64,000 bases of DNA from an uncultured Spirochaetota bacterium (GCA_963783575.1 CAWAOD010000006.1:1-64000), one strand, 5' to 3'; positions 24,038-34,680 are shown, counted from the stretch's first letter. Notes: a model not told the origin generated them from the sequence alone. A program made the numbers and translations.

Positions 24038-24694
24038 ATGATAATGTATAATATTGCATTACTTGCTCCTCCAGGTGGAGGAAAAGGAACTCAATCGGAA
24101 AAAATTTGCGTTTCTTTGAAAATACCTCATATTTCAACCGGTGATATTTTCAGGGCTATTGTCAAGGGAACATATAAAGGAAGTTTTCCTGTTGATGAAA
24201 TATTAAGTTATATGAATAAAGGATTACTTATTCCCGATTCGATTGTTGTTAAGATAGCGCTTGACCGGTTAAGCCAGGATGATTGTAAGAACGGTTATCT
24301 TCTTGATGGCTTTCCCAGGACGTTGAACCAGGCCGAACTTTATGATAATAATGCCAAAGAAAAATCTTTGAATAAAGTATTTCTTATAGATGTAAATGAG
24401 GAAAAGCTAATTAAAAGACTGACCGGAAGAAGGTTTTGTCCGAAGTGCGGTAAAATATATAATATCTATTATAATCCTCCGAAAGTTGAAAATCATTGTG
24501 ATGATGATAATTCAGGATTATCAATCAGGAATGATGATAATGAAGAAACAGTTAAATTGAGGATGGAAGTATATAAAAGTGAAACTTTTCCATTGATAGA
24601 TTATTACAAGAACAAGAAAGTGTTAATTAAAGTTAATGGAGAACAGTCTGTTGATGGGGTTTATAAAGATATTATGGAGGTCATCAACTCTTGA
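24038..24694 (+). CDS. adk: Adenylate kinase with Zn-type LID
   Basis: P-loop GGGKGT; CPKC...CDDD lid. Confidence 0.97.
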   Translation: MIMYNIALLAPPGGGKGTQSEKICVSLKIPHISTGDIFRAIVKGTYKGSFPVDEILSYMNKGLLIPDSIVVKIALDRLSQDDCKNGYLLDGFPRTLNQAELYDNNAKEKSLNKVFLIDVNEEKLIKRLTGRRFCPKCGKIYNIYYNPPKVENHCDDDNSGLSIRNDDNEETVKLRMEVYKSETFPLIDYYKNKKVLIKVNGEQSVDGVYKDIMEVINS

Positions 24695-24912
24695 TGGACA
24701 AGGAAGACGTAATACGGTTTGACGGTGTTGTTTTGGAACAGCTTCCAAACGCAATGTTCAAGGTAGAGCTGGAAAGTAAAAAGCAGATACTTGCGCATAT
24801 ATCCGGAAAAATGAGGATGAATTATATTAAGATTATTCCCGGTGATAAAGTAACCCTGGAAATGTCACCATATGATTTGACGAAAGGCAGAATTGTATAC
24901 AGATATAAATAG
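24691..24912 (+). CDS. infA: Translation initiation factor IF-1 (ATG start at 24694 possible)
   Basis: IF-1 motifs. Confidence 0.97.
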   Translation: MMDKEDVIRFDGVVLEQLPNAMFKVELESKKQILAHISGKMRMNYIKIIPGDKVTLEMSPYDLTKGRIVYRYK

Positions 24913-24922
24913 GAGCATGCGA

Positions 24923-25051
24923 ATGAAAGTGAGATCTTCGGTAAAAAAAATGTGTGAAAAATGCCATATTATAAGAAGACATGGCCTTGTAATGGTTGTT
25001 TGTGAAAATCAAAAGCATAAGCAACGGCAAATGGGTAATAAAAGGTCTTAA
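24923..25051 (+). CDS. rpmJ: 50S ribosomal protein L36 (not in ORF track)
   Basis: [45 protein letters not shown] aggag. Confidence 0.95.
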   Translation: MKVRSSVKKMCEKCHIIRRHGLVMVVCENQKHKQRQMGNKRS

Positions 25052-25077
25052 TTTAGTTAGTAAAACGGAGGTTTTGA

Positions 25078-25446
25078 ATGGCAAGAATTGCAGGTAGGGA
25101 AATACCGGGCAATAAAGCGGTGTTTATCGGATTAACTTATATTTATGGAATTGGAAGACACAATTCATTAAGTATTATTGAAAAAGCAAAGATTGAACCG
25201 AATAAAAAAGTTAAAGATTTGAGTGAAGATGAATTGGCAAAAATTAGGGATACTATTGAAGATAATTTCAAAGTAGAAGGCGATTTGAGAACAGAAATTG
25301 CGATGAATATAAAAAGATTGATTGATACAGGGACTTATAGAGGGCACAGGCACAAAATAGGACTTCCGGTAAGGGGGCAAAGAACACGGACGAATGCGAG
25401 ATCATGGAAGGGTCCGAGGAATAATGCGATCGGAAAAAAGAAATAA
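25078..25446 (+). CDS. rpsM: 30S ribosomal protein S13
   Basis: Conserved S13 motifs. Confidence 0.97.
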   Translation: MARIAGREIPGNKAVFIGLTYIYGIGRHNSLSIIEKAKIEPNKKVKDLSEDELAKIRDTIEDNFKVEGDLRTEIAMNIKRLIDTGTYRGHRHKIGLPVRGQRTRTNARSWKGPRNNAIGKKK

Positions 25447-25467
25447 ACTGAGTGGAGGATTGTTTTA

Positions 25468-25863
25468 ATGGCTAAAAAGGCTGCAGCTACTACGAAAAAA
25501 AGAAAAGAAAAAAAGAACGTATTGGAAGGGATTGCAAATATTAGAGCAACTTTTAATAATACAATTATTAATATAACTGATCTGAACGGCAACTCTTTGG
25601 CTTGGGCCAGTTCAGGAAGTGTGGGCTTCAAAGGTACAAAAAAAGGAACTCCTTATGCAGCCCAATTGGCTTCGGAAAAAGCCGTGGAAATTGCTAAGTT
25701 CCATGGAATCCAGTATGTTAATGTAAGGCTGAAAGGGCCGGGTCCCGGAAGAGAATCGGCTATAAGAGCGCTTGATGCGGCAGGATTAAAAATTAAAACC
25801 CTGCGCGATATCACTCCAATACCGCACAATGGCTGCCGGCCAAGAAAAAAGAGAAGAGTTTAG
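25468..25863 (+). CDS. rpsK: 30S ribosomal protein S11
   Basis: Conserved S11 motifs. Confidence 0.97.
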   Translation: MAKKAAATTKKRKEKKNVLEGIANIRATFNNTIINITDLNGNSLAWASSGSVGFKGTKKGTPYAAQLASEKAVEIAKFHGIQYVNVRLKGPGPGRESAIRALDAAGLKIKTLRDITPIPHNGCRPRKKRRV

Positions 25864-25878
25864 AGAGGTAAATGAACA

Positions 25879-26511
25879 ATGGGAAGATATATAGGACCAT
25901 CCTGCAGGTTATGCAGAAGAGAAGGTTTAAGGCTTTTTTTAAAGGGGGACAAGTGTTATTCTCAGAATTGTACATTAAACGATAGGGCTACGCCTCCGGG
26001 TAAGATATCTAAATTCAACAAAAAACCTACCGAATACGCTATTCAGCTCAGAGAAAAACAGAAGGTTAAAAGATATTATGGTTTGTATGAACGACAGTTT
26101 AGAAGATATTTTGAAATGGCTGCCAAACATAAAGGCGTTACCGGTGAAGTTCTTCTTCAGTTTTTAGAAAGAAGACTGGATTCTATTATTCATAAAGCTG
26201 GTTTTGCACCCTCTAAAAAAACTGCCAGACAGCTTGTAATACACGGGCATGTTAAGGTTAACGGGAAAAAAATGGATATTCCTTCTTATATTGTTAAACT
26301 GGGGGAAGAAATATCATTGTCCGATAAGGTAAAAAATCTTGATATGGTTGTGAAATCGATTGAGTCTGCTCAGAATAAAGTAATACCTGCTTGGCTGGAG
26401 GTTGATTTTACAAATGTAAAGCTAAAGATGTTGTCTATACCTACCAGGCAGGAAATGAATCCTGAAATCGATATTAAGGAACAGTTAATTGTAGAATTAT
26501 ACTCGAAATAA
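25879..26511 (+). CDS. rpsD: 30S ribosomal protein S4
   Basis: Conserved S4 motifs, EQLIVELYSK. Confidence 0.97.
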   Translation: MGRYIGPSCRLCRREGLRLFLKGDKCYSQNCTLNDRATPPGKISKFNKKPTEYAIQLREKQKVKRYYGLYERQFRRYFEMAAKHKGVTGEVLLQFLERRLDSIIHKAGFAPSKKTARQLVIHGHVKVNGKKMDIPSYIVKLGEEISLSDKVKNLDMVVKSIESAQNKVIPAWLEVDFTNVKLKMLSIPTRQEMNPEIDIKEQLIVELYSK

Positions 26512-26556
26512 TTGAATATTTTATAAATTATTTATTTAGGGCTGGATCCAGAATTC

Positions 26557-26579
26557 TGCCTTGAGCCTGCAGAAGGGCA
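26557..26579. repeat. REP-like short hairpin (tgccttgagcctgcagaagggca)
   Basis: Shares the TGAG...GAA core with copies at 16680 and 41335. Confidence 0.5.
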
Positions 26580-26610
26580 CGTTTTGTAAATGAGAGTTTG
26601 GAGGGTATAA

Positions 26611-27642
26611 ATGACTCAAAAAGGGCTTTTAAAAGATGTCATGCTGCCTTATGAGATAAAATATGAAAAGAATTCTTATTCTTCATTTTATGGTAAGTTT
26701 AACATTTATCCTTTTGAAAAAGGAGTGGGTGTTACTATAGCCAATTCGCTAAGGCGAGTTCTAATGAGCGATATCCCGGGTTTTGCTATTACATCAATCA
26801 AAGTTGAAGGTATAAATCATGAATTTGAACCGATTAAGGGTGTAAAGGAAGATTTAACGGATATTATATTAGCCATTAAAAAGATTAGGTTGTCTTTAAA
26901 TGACGGCAGTGATAAGAAAGTTATCAGAGTGGTAAAGAAAGGTAAAGGAGAGTTGGTTGCTAAGGATTTTGCCGTTGATGCCACTGTCAATGTAATAAAT
27001 GAGGATTTAAAAATTGCCACTTTAAATGAAGAAGCAAACTTATCGCTTGACGTTCAAATAGAATTCGGCAGAGGTTATAGATCGGCGGAAGATTTATTTG
27101 ATTCAAATTCCGTTATTTCCGTTATTCCAGTCGATGCTATATTTTCACCGATTGTTCGTGTTAACTATATTATTGAGGATTATAGGGTTGGAGAAAAAAC
27201 GGATTGTGAGAAAGTAGTTCTGGAAGTATGGACTTCAGGGGTTATTACTCCTGTTGATGCTGTTTCAAAGGCTGCTGCCATATTGAGGAAATATTTTTCT
27301 CTGTTTATAGATTTTGAGGCTGAAGAGGAGGTTGCTGTCAGCGCCGAAACCAATGAAATTGCCGTAAATAATGATGTCCTTTCAAAACCGATATCTGAAC
27401 TTGATTTATCGGTTCGTTCGTTTAATTGTTTGAAGAGTTCCAATATTAACACAATCGGTGAATTGATGAAATATGACAAGGATTCATTGATGAAGATAAA
27501 GAATTTCGGAAAGAAATCATTAACTGAAATAGCTGAAAAGCTTCAATTGTATGGTCTTTCGCTTGAAGACAAAACTAAAGAGTATTCTGATAATAGCGAA
27601 ATTAATAAAGAAACGATGGAAGATTTTGAAGAGGGAGAATAA
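26611..27642 (+). CDS. rpoA: RNA polymerase alpha subunit
   Basis: TIANSLRRVL, DAIFSPI, LSVRSFNCL, NFGKKSL. Confidence 0.98.
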   Translation: MTQKGLLKDVMLPYEIKYEKNSYSSFYGKFNIYPFEKGVGVTIANSLRRVLMSDIPGFAITSIKVEGINHEFEPIKGVKEDLTDIILAIKKIRLSLNDGSDKKVIRVVKKGKGELVAKDFAVDATVNVINEDLKIATLNEEANLSLDVQIEFGRGYRSAEDLFDSNSVISVIPVDAIFSPIVRVNYIIEDYRVGEKTDCEKVVLEVWTSGVITPVDAVSKAAAILRKYFSLFIDFEAEEEVAVSAETNEIAVNNDVLSKPISELDLSVRSFNCLKSSNINTIGELMKYDKDSLMKIKNFGKKSLTEIAEKLQLYGLSLEDKTKEYSDNSEINKETMEDFEEGE

Positions 27643-27644
27643 TT

Positions 27645-28022
27645 ATGAGGCATGGAGATAAAGTTAAAAAACTCAGCAGAAATACTTCTCATAGAAAAGC
27701 TTTGTTAAAGAACCTGGCAATAGCTCTTTTTAAATATGAAAATATTACTACAACTGTTCAAAAGGCAAAAGCTTTACGTCCGTTTGCCGAGAAAATCATA
27801 ACAAAAGCAAAAGTAGACAATATACAGTCAAAACGTTTGGTTTCTGAAACTATAAAAGACAGGTCTATTATAACTAAATTATTTGGCGATATTGCTTTAA
27901 GATATAAAAACAGAAACGGCGGTTACACAAGAATATTAAGGCTCGGATATAGGGCTAACGATGGATCGGAAATGGCCATGATAGAATTGGTAGAGGAATC
28001 TCTGGAAGTCCCTAAAAAATGA
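27645..28022 (+). CDS. rplQ: 50S ribosomal protein L17
   Basis: [12 protein letters not shown]. Confidence 0.97.
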   Translation: MRHGDKVKKLSRNTSHRKALLKNLAIALFKYENITTTVQKAKALRPFAEKIITKAKVDNIQSKRLVSETIKDRSIITKLFGDIALRYKNRNGGYTRILRLGYRANDGSEMAMIELVEESLEVPKK

Positions 28023-28592
28023 TTATATATGTAGTGAAAATAATCCCCCTATTGTTTCTGACAATAGGGGCTTTTTTTTTGGGATTGGAAAATTAATTTC
28101 ATAGTAATTTTAGCATTAATTGTTTATATATCAGTTTTTCAAAAAAAATTAGTTCTTAGAGCAATTCAAAACTTGATTTTTCTTATAATTTTCACTCTTC
28201 CGATAGTACTGATAAAATTATTTACTGTAAAAGAAGGAAAAAAGCTTCATTTTATGTTTTTTGATTTTTATTCCTCGGCCGTATCGATGGGTGTTAATTC
28301 ATTATTCCGGGTTTTAGTACTGGCATTATGCTCTTATTTAATTTTAAAAATTGTTCTTCCTCTGGAAAAATTCCGGGAAATGAATAATAAAAATAATTTA
28401 ATAGAAATTTTATTTTTATCAATAACAATTTATCAGGAAATGCTTTCAAATATATTAAGCTATTTTCGCAAACTAAAGAAAGAGAAAAAAAGTATGATTG
28501 GTTTTATCGATAATAGTTATAAACAAGGTCTCTTAAATTATAATAAGAAAATAAATGATAATATGGAAAATTTAGATCATCACAATTTTTAA
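28019..28592 (+). CDS. EcfT/CbiQ-like membrane protein (frameshift in poly-T ~28075; intact in left copy)
   Basis: Mirror of intact 2637-3209; hydrophobic. Confidence 0.5.
28046..28080 (+). terminator. Intrinsic terminator after rplQ
   Basis: 10-bp stem cccctattgt/acaatagggg, 5-nt loop, followed by a T run. Confidence 0.75.
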
Positions 28593-28599
28593 CTGCTAA

Positions 28600-29889
28600 T
28601 TATTCCATTATTCTTAGCATTATACCTCGTTTTTTATTAAAATCCATCTTTTCTATTTCATCCAATGCCTGATTTATATTTTTTTCCAGGGCTGCATGCG
28701 TTGTCATTATTAATGGGACATAGTCTGTCTTACTTCTTTCTTTTTGTATAACTGAAGCAATGCTTATCTGGTAATTTCCGAAAACTCCCGATATTTTACT
28801 GAGAACTCCAGGCTTGTCTATTACATTAAAACGGACATAATACCGGCTTTCAATTTCCCCGATTTTTTTAACAGGATAATTGTTGAATTGAGAATAAGTT
28901 AAATAACCATCAGGATTGTTCAGGGATTTCGCTATATTTATGACGTCGCCGACTACTGCAGTAGCTGTCGGTCTAGAACCTGCTCCACGTCCGAAATACA
29001 TAGAATTTCCAAGAAATTCACTTTCGATCATAACTGCATTAAATTCATTTCTTACAAAAGCCAGTTGATTATCCTTAGGAACCAGAGTAGGATTAACACG
29101 GACTTCTACAGTATTGTCCGGGTCAAGCTTTGCAACAGCAAGAAGTTTTATAATATAACCCAATTCATCTGCATTATATATGTCTTCAAGTTCCATATTC
29201 TTAATACCCTGAGTATAAACCTGGCTATATTCAATTGGAGTATTAAAGGCAAGCGAAGCAAGGATAGTAATTTTATGTGCCGCGTCATAACCGCAGATAT
29301 CAAGAGAAGGATTAACCTTTTCTGCAAAACCAAGTTCCTGAGCCTGTTTAAGAGCGGTATCAAAATCCAGAGCATCCTCGGTCATTTTGGTTAAAATATA
29401 ATTGGTTGTTCCGTTTACTATACCATAGATAGATTGAATCTTCTCACCGGAAAGCGCTTCATAAACCGTCCTAATTATTGGTATTCCTCCGCATACGCTC
29501 CCCTCGAAGCCTATTGATTTTGAATTTTCTTTAGCAAGCTGAAATAAAGGCATTCCTCTTTCTGCCAATAAGGCCTTATTAGCAGTAACAACATTTTTAC
29601 CGGCTATTAGGCTCTTTTCTACAAGTTTATAAGCAAAATCTACTCCGCCGATCAATTCTATGACTATAGCAATTTCCGGATCAGCTAAAGCTGTTTTATA
29701 ATCCGAAATTTTTAAGGCAGTTATTGATTCAACTCTCCTTGGGGTTTCCCAGTCTATATCTATTATATACTTTATCTCAATTTCCAAACCTGTCCGGTTT
29801 TTAATGATTTCTTTATTTCCTTCCAAAAGTTCGATAACACCAGTACCTATAGTCCCAAATCCGGCCAGTGCAATTTTAACTTTAGGCAT
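28600..29889 (-). CDS. hom: Homoserine dehydrogenase with C-terminal ACT domain
   Basis: [30 protein letters not shown] aggagg before ATG 29889. Confidence 0.96.
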   Translation of the reverse strand: MPKVKIALAGFGTIGTGVIELLEGNKEIIKNRTGLEIEIKYIIDIDWETPRRVESITALKISDYKTALADPEIAIVIELIGGVDFAYKLVEKSLIAGKNVVTANKALLAERGMPLFQLAKENSKSIGFEGSVCGGIPIIRTVYEALSGEKIQSIYGIVNGTTNYILTKMTEDALDFDTALKQAQELGFAEKVNPSLDICGYDAAHKITILASLAFNTPIEYSQVYTQGIKNMELEDIYNADELGYIIKLLAVAKLDPDNTVEVRVNPTLVPKDNQLAFVRNEFNAVMIESEFLGNSMYFGRGAGSRPTATAVVGDVINIAKSLNNPDGYLTYSQFNNYPVKKIGEIESRYYVRFNVIDKPGVLSKISGVFGNYQISIASVIQKERSKTDYVPLIMTTHAALEKNINQALDEIEKMDFNKKRGIMLRIME

Positions 29890-29932
29890 TTTTATCCTCC
29901 TGATAGATATATAAGTCGTGAGTGCTATACTT

Positions 29933-29961
29933 ATTATAATCGAAATTTCCGGATTTATCAA
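29933..29961 (-). promoter_or_regulatory. Sigma70-type promoter for hom
   Basis: TTGATA-17 nt-TATAAT on the minus strand. Confidence 0.6.
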
Positions 29962-30062
29962 TGAAGAATTATTTTAAAAATCATAAAGTATCGATATATG
30001 AACGTTTATTAAAGAAATAGTGATATTATTGCCGATAGTTTAAGAAAAAAGACTGGACAGGT

Positions 30063-31232
30063 ATGGATAGATTAAGGAATCTTGACCCAAAATTTATTAA
30101 AAAGAAGAAGAATGGAAATAGATTGCTTTTTTTTGTAATAATTCTATTGACAATTGTGTCTCTGGCTATCAATTTTATTATTTTTCAGGATGTATTAATT
30201 TCAGGATTTCAAAAACAGGATTTTAATGAAGAAGGAAATAATTTTAATCAATTTCCAAATGAAAGTATGGAAGAAGTTTTAAATGGAATTAATGGAAAAA
30301 TTCCGATTCTTGAATATCATATAATTGAAACACCACAAGTTTACACTAATTATATTCTGACCGGCAGATTGAAAAAAAATATAAAAACCGAAAGATATTT
30401 TGTTAGTTCGGATGAATTTAGGGATCAACTTGAGACATTATATCAGAATCAATTCAGAAATATTTCGCTAAACGAGTATATATCCCTTGCGAAAGGAATG
30501 AAAAAAGATTTAAACAGGTTACCGCCGGATTCTAAACTTTATATTTTGACCTTTGATGATGCAACTTTCGGACAGTTTGAATTTTCTGGAACAGATGCGA
30601 AGGGAGATCCTGTTATTGACCCGGATTGTGCGATAGGTATTATGATTGAATTTGCTAAAAAACATCCGGATTTTATGTTAAATGCCGCATTTAGTATTCC
30701 ATTGGAACATATACCTTTTATGCAGAGTAAATTTGTGGGGAAAAAACTCAACCTTCTCCTGGATTATGGATTTGAGATCATAAATCATACAAAAAATCAT
30801 AAAAAACTTAGGAAGTATATTCCAGATAAGACTGAAATAGCTTCTTATGAAATAGGAAGAGCCATGGAAATATTTGAGTCCTATCTCGGGTACAGGGTCG
30901 ATTCAATCGATAAAATATGCTATCCTGACGGCAGCGCAGATAAATATGTATGGGATTTTGTCAAAAAAGTGGATTATAATGGAAAAGAATACAGGTTTAT
31001 TGCAGCCTTGAATGCTTCGGGAATGCAGGCGAAAAATCCAAACGATGAAAAATTTAATCCATATAATATTTCAAGAATAGAAATCAACAGAAATTCATTT
31101 AATGAGTTTGTACTGAATGCACCGGGATTATATAGAACTCCGCCCTTGATAGATAAATATACCGGGCATAATTTTGCATATTCAAGAATGGATGACAATT
31201 CCAATTCTCTTGATTTAATCCGGTTAAGATAA
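30063..31232 (+). CDS. Membrane-anchored polysaccharide deacetylase (NodB/CE4-like)
   Basis: N-terminal TM; PILEYH, ILTFDD, NHTKNH, CYPDG. Confidence 0.8.
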   Translation: MDRLRNLDPKFIKKKKNGNRLLFFVIILLTIVSLAINFIIFQDVLISGFQKQDFNEEGNNFNQFPNESMEEVLNGINGKIPILEYHIIETPQVYTNYILTGRLKKNIKTERYFVSSDEFRDQLETLYQNQFRNISLNEYISLAKGMKKDLNRLPPDSKLYILTFDDATFGQFEFSGTDAKGDPVIDPDCAIGIMIEFAKKHPDFMLNAAFSIPLEHIPFMQSKFVGKKLNLLLDYGFEIINHTKNHKKLRKYIPDKTEIASYEIGRAMEIFESYLGYRVDSIDKICYPDGSADKYVWDFVKKVDYNGKEYRFIAALNASGMQAKNPNDEKFNPYNISRIEINRNSFNEFVLNAPGLYRTPPLIDKYTGHNFAYSRMDDNSNSLDLIRLR

Positions 31233-32225
31233 GTTATATTCCCCGGATTGAATTTTATAAAAAATACCTCTGTCAGTGTCTCCTGAATGGATTTCTCCGG
31301 CAATCTTTTTTTCATTTTCAAGTATGTCAATATATTTTGATATCTCGTTCGGGTTTTGTCCTGTAATAATTGAAAGATCCTGAAGAGTTAACGGCCTTCT
31401 TTTTAGTGTGTCCAGTATCAGATTCTCAAGATTATTGCTGTATGACCTGATTTCTTTCCTCTCTTTAAACCTTGTGATAATCTCGACATTCTTAATATCA
31501 AGTTTTATACTAAACATTTCTAGAGTTTCATTAGAGGCCGGAGTAACCCATGATTCTGCACCTGGCCTGTCAAGCGTATTAAGCTGAATTTTATCCGGGT
31601 TAATCCTGAGACAGGCATCTCTTAATGCTCTTATATTCTCTTCATCTGTATTCATCCCTTCAATAATAAATATTTCCAGCCAGATTTGCTTTTGATTTCC
31701 CAACGATTTAAATTCTTTTGTAAACTGTTTTATTCCTTCGATAATATCAGGAAGGCTGAGTCCGGGGTGAGGCCTGTCAATTTGTATAAAGGCTTTTTGC
31801 ATGGCGGCATCAAGCGAGGGAAGAATAATATCAGCCTCCATTAATTCATCCCTCACATCTTTACGGTATAAAAAGCATCCATTAGTTATCACTGCAATAT
31901 GGCTGTCTGGGAAATCCTTTTTTATGGAATTGATAATATAACCTATGCCAGAATGAAGAGTAGGCTCGCCTGACCCTGAAAGTGTTAGATAATCGGGCAT
32001 TGGGTTGTTTTTTAAAAAATCCCTGATTTCATCAAGAATTTCATCGGATGGAATATATTCTTTCCGGTCAATTAACAAATTACCGCTTTTACCGCATTCG
32101 CAGTAAACACAGTTATAGGAACAGACTTTAAGCGGAACCAAATCGATACCGAGGGAAATTCCAAGCCTCCTTGATGGAACCGGCCCATATATATGTTTGT
32201 ACATTTTACCTTCCTTAACAGACAT
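31224..32225 (-). CDS. Radical SAM protein (TYW1-like/COG0731 type) with C-terminal HTH-like region
   Basis: YGPVPSRRLGISLG, CSYNCVYC, SGSGEPTL. Confidence 0.85.
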   Translation of the reverse strand: MSVKEGKMYKHIYGPVPSRRLGISLGIDLVPLKVCSYNCVYCECGKSGNLLIDRKEYIPSDEILDEIRDFLKNNPMPDYLTLSGSGEPTLHSGIGYIINSIKKDFPDSHIAVITNGCFLYRKDVRDELMEADIILPSLDAAMQKAFIQIDRPHPGLSLPDIIEGIKQFTKEFKSLGNQKQIWLEIFIIEGMNTDEENIRALRDACLRINPDKIQLNTLDRPGAESWVTPASNETLEMFSIKLDIKNVEIITRFKERKEIRSYSNNLENLILDTLKRRPLTLQDLSIITGQNPNEISKYIDILENEKKIAGEIHSGDTDRGIFYKIQSGEYNLS

Positions 32226-32384
32226 TATGGATAATAATTTGATTGAAAAATTCTACTGCACCTGTTTTTTAATTTAATGTTTCAATACATTACGTTTGGA
32301 TTAAATTTATCGAATAATAAATGATGTATATTTATTTTAACATTGATTGGCGGATTAATAAAATCTTTGGTGTTCAATGATATC

Positions 32385-32702
32385 TTATAATAAATTATCG
32401 ATTTTTGCTGCCAGAATAAAATCATTCATTGATAAACCGCCGATTTTATGTGTTGATAGATCTATATTTACTTTATTGTATGAAATAAAAATATCCGGAT
32501 GATGATCTTCGGAATTGGCAAGGCCGGCAATTTTATTCACAAATTCCATCGATTCCATAAAATTCTTTAATAGAAAGTCGCGGTGTATTGTTGAATTAAT
32601 AATAGACCATTCAGGAATTTCTTTCAAGTACACTTTAGCTTGATTTGAAGATACCGGCTGTTCAGTTTTTTCGATATGTCTGCATTTTAAATCTTTTAAC
32701 AT
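32385..32702 (-). CDS. phhB: Pterin-4-alpha-carbinolamine dehydratase
   Basis: EDHHPDI, STHKIGGLSMNDFILAAKID. Confidence 0.9.
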   Translation of the reverse strand: MLKDLKCRHIEKTEQPVSSNQAKVYLKEIPEWSIINSTIHRDFLLKNFMESMEFVNKIAGLANSEDHHPDIFISYNKVNIDLSTHKIGGLSMNDFILAAKIDNLL

Positions 32703-33087
32703 ATTAACCACCCTTTCAAGCGTATCGATTATCCCGGTTTTTTCTTAAAAATTATTGAAATTGATTAATAGGGATTAATAAATATAATAATAAAAATAAA
32801 TATAATCAATATCAATGTAAAATTTATTAGTTTTAATCCCTTCTTAATATTTATTCGATGTTTTCCTATATCGATCAGCAAAAAAGAATATAATATTAGT
32901 TTAACAAAAATATTTTAAAAAATAGTCTTATTGATTATCAGGATTCTTACCAGAATATAAAACTGAATTAGAAGCAAAATGGATTTATTCAGGCAGTACA
33001 GCAGTGGAGCAATATTTACATACTTTCCCTCACAATTGACTTCTTTTTAATCCCGCCTTAATATCTATTGGAAGCATTTTCCGATAA

Positions 33088-34650
33088 ATGATTCACCGGT
33101 TAAGAGGAAAAGACATGAATTTAACGATAAAACAGAATACTCCTAACGAAAAATCATATAGGGGATCGCTTAATAACACGGAACAAAACAAAAATGAACA
33201 GAATTATAGTTTAAAACTGAAAATCATTAATTATATTGTCAATGGGAAAATTGATACTTTTTCCAAATTAAAACAAATTATTGAGGATCAAAATATACTT
33301 TTTGATAAAGAATTTATTTCGGATGCATTTCAAGTAATAAAAAAACTTTACTGGGGCTTTTTCGCCGGTTTAAGCCATGATAAATTTAATAAACTATGGA
33401 AAGAATTGATAATAACGGATCAGGATTTCCCGGAATTCGGCGATTTAAAAAAATATATGCAGGTTTCAGAAATTTATATAGCGATACTTGATATACATGG
33501 CTACACAAAATTCTGCCAGGAAAAAAAGAAAAATATTTCAATGCTTCAGAGATTAGATTATTTTTTAAGCAATCAGATAGTAAAATGTGCTACCAATTTC
33601 GGTGTTCTGGCTAACCGTGAACGGGGTGATGAAGTTGTTCTTGTTGGCGCCAGCGCAATAGAAATCCTCAGCGCATCTTTTGAAATTATTGAATTATTCT
33701 CAAAATCAAAAAAAATAAGTTCTGCGGGAGAAATTTCCTCGGATATTTTTTTACCAGAGTTTAAGATATCGGCTGGAATCGCCGGAGGACAGCCTTCAAT
33801 CCCTTTAATAATTACCGAAAGGGGCAATCTTTCCGGCTTTTTGATAAATTCGGCGGCCAGGCTGCAGGGAAGAGCTAATACGATATCACCAAATGAAACT
33901 ATTATAATGGTTGAACAGTATGTAATGCTGAATTATACAAAAAACGGGCATAATCAAAAGGGTTATATTGACAATCTCCAATTTTTTTATAACGGTGAGA
34001 TTGATTTCAAAGGCGTTAGCCTAAACACTTACGAAGTATTTACATTTGTACCTGAACATATCTATAAAATACAAATTGAAAAGGCATTTATAGAACTCCA
34101 GGATATGATCAAGGATAACCAGTGGCATAATAAAGTACTCACAAGCCTCTGTGATCTTGTAATCCTTACTTCGCGGGTAATTGAACCCTTCAATTTCTGT
34201 ATTGAATTTGAAGGTCATGAAATAAAAATAAACAACAATCTTATAATACAGGAATTCACAAACATCAAGAATATTTATTCCAATATAAACAATTTTAATC
34301 TGGCCATGGAAAAACTGTGCAGGATGTGCGATATTATAAACAGATGCGCAGGTTTTGATAAACTTGTTGCTGAATACTGCCGGCATATCTATCAAATCTA
34401 CCAGAAACCTTTTGAAATATATAATCAGCTTTTTACTCAATATATTCATGAAAACAAAACAAGGATATTTTCCATTGATGAATTGAAAATATTCGATCTG
34501 TATTCACAAATTCAAAAAAGTTTTGACAAACTTATGGAACACATGCATAATACTGAAAATGTTAAAGAAAAGAGACTTTCATTCTGGTTCAGGGCAATCG
34601 AGTTAGCTAAGGATAAAATGGATTTCAGTATCCATTCGGGGAAAAAATAA
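33088..34650 (+). CDS. Class III nucleotidyl cyclase domain protein (start may be 33115)
   Basis: ILDIHGYT, GD, SAGIAGG, INSAARLQ, FKG motifs. Confidence 0.7.
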   Translation: MIHRLRGKDMNLTIKQNTPNEKSYRGSLNNTEQNKNEQNYSLKLKIINYIVNGKIDTFSKLKQIIEDQNILFDKEFISDAFQVIKKLYWGFFAGLSHDKFNKLWKELIITDQDFPEFGDLKKYMQVSEIYIAILDIHGYTKFCQEKKKNISMLQRLDYFLSNQIVKCATNFGVLANRERGDEVVLVGASAIEILSASFEIIELFSKSKKISSAGEISSDIFLPEFKISAGIAGGQPSIPLIITERGNLSGFLINSAARLQGRANTISPNETIIMVEQYVMLNYTKNGHNQKGYIDNLQFFYNGEIDFKGVSLNTYEVFTFVPEHIYKIQIEKAFIELQDMIKDNQWHNKVLTSLCDLVILTSRVIEPFNFCIEFEGHEIKINNNLIIQEFTNIKNIYSNINNFNLAMEKLCRMCDIINRCAGFDKLVAEYCRHIYQIYQKPFEIYNQLFTQYIHENKTRIFSIDELKIFDLYSQIQKSFDKLMEHMHNTENVKEKRLSFWFRAIELAKDKMDFSIHSGKK

Positions 34651-34680
34651 TTTTTTAAAATAATAAAATAGGAGGCTTTT

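Larger units (their letters stand above)
15618..31232. repeat. Right arm of giant inverted duplication
   Basis: Mirror of 1-15594; the arms meet at ...tgccttacgg|aaggaacagcggaggcaggatca|ccgtaaggca... Confidence 0.97.

Noticed and set aside
32712..33087. AT-rich intergenic tracts (also 44794-45188, 55049-55292, 62377-62757) as ncRNA, oriC or CRISPR
   Set aside because: No repeat-spacer periodicity, DnaA-box cluster or convincing structure seen; they are consistent with promoter regions.
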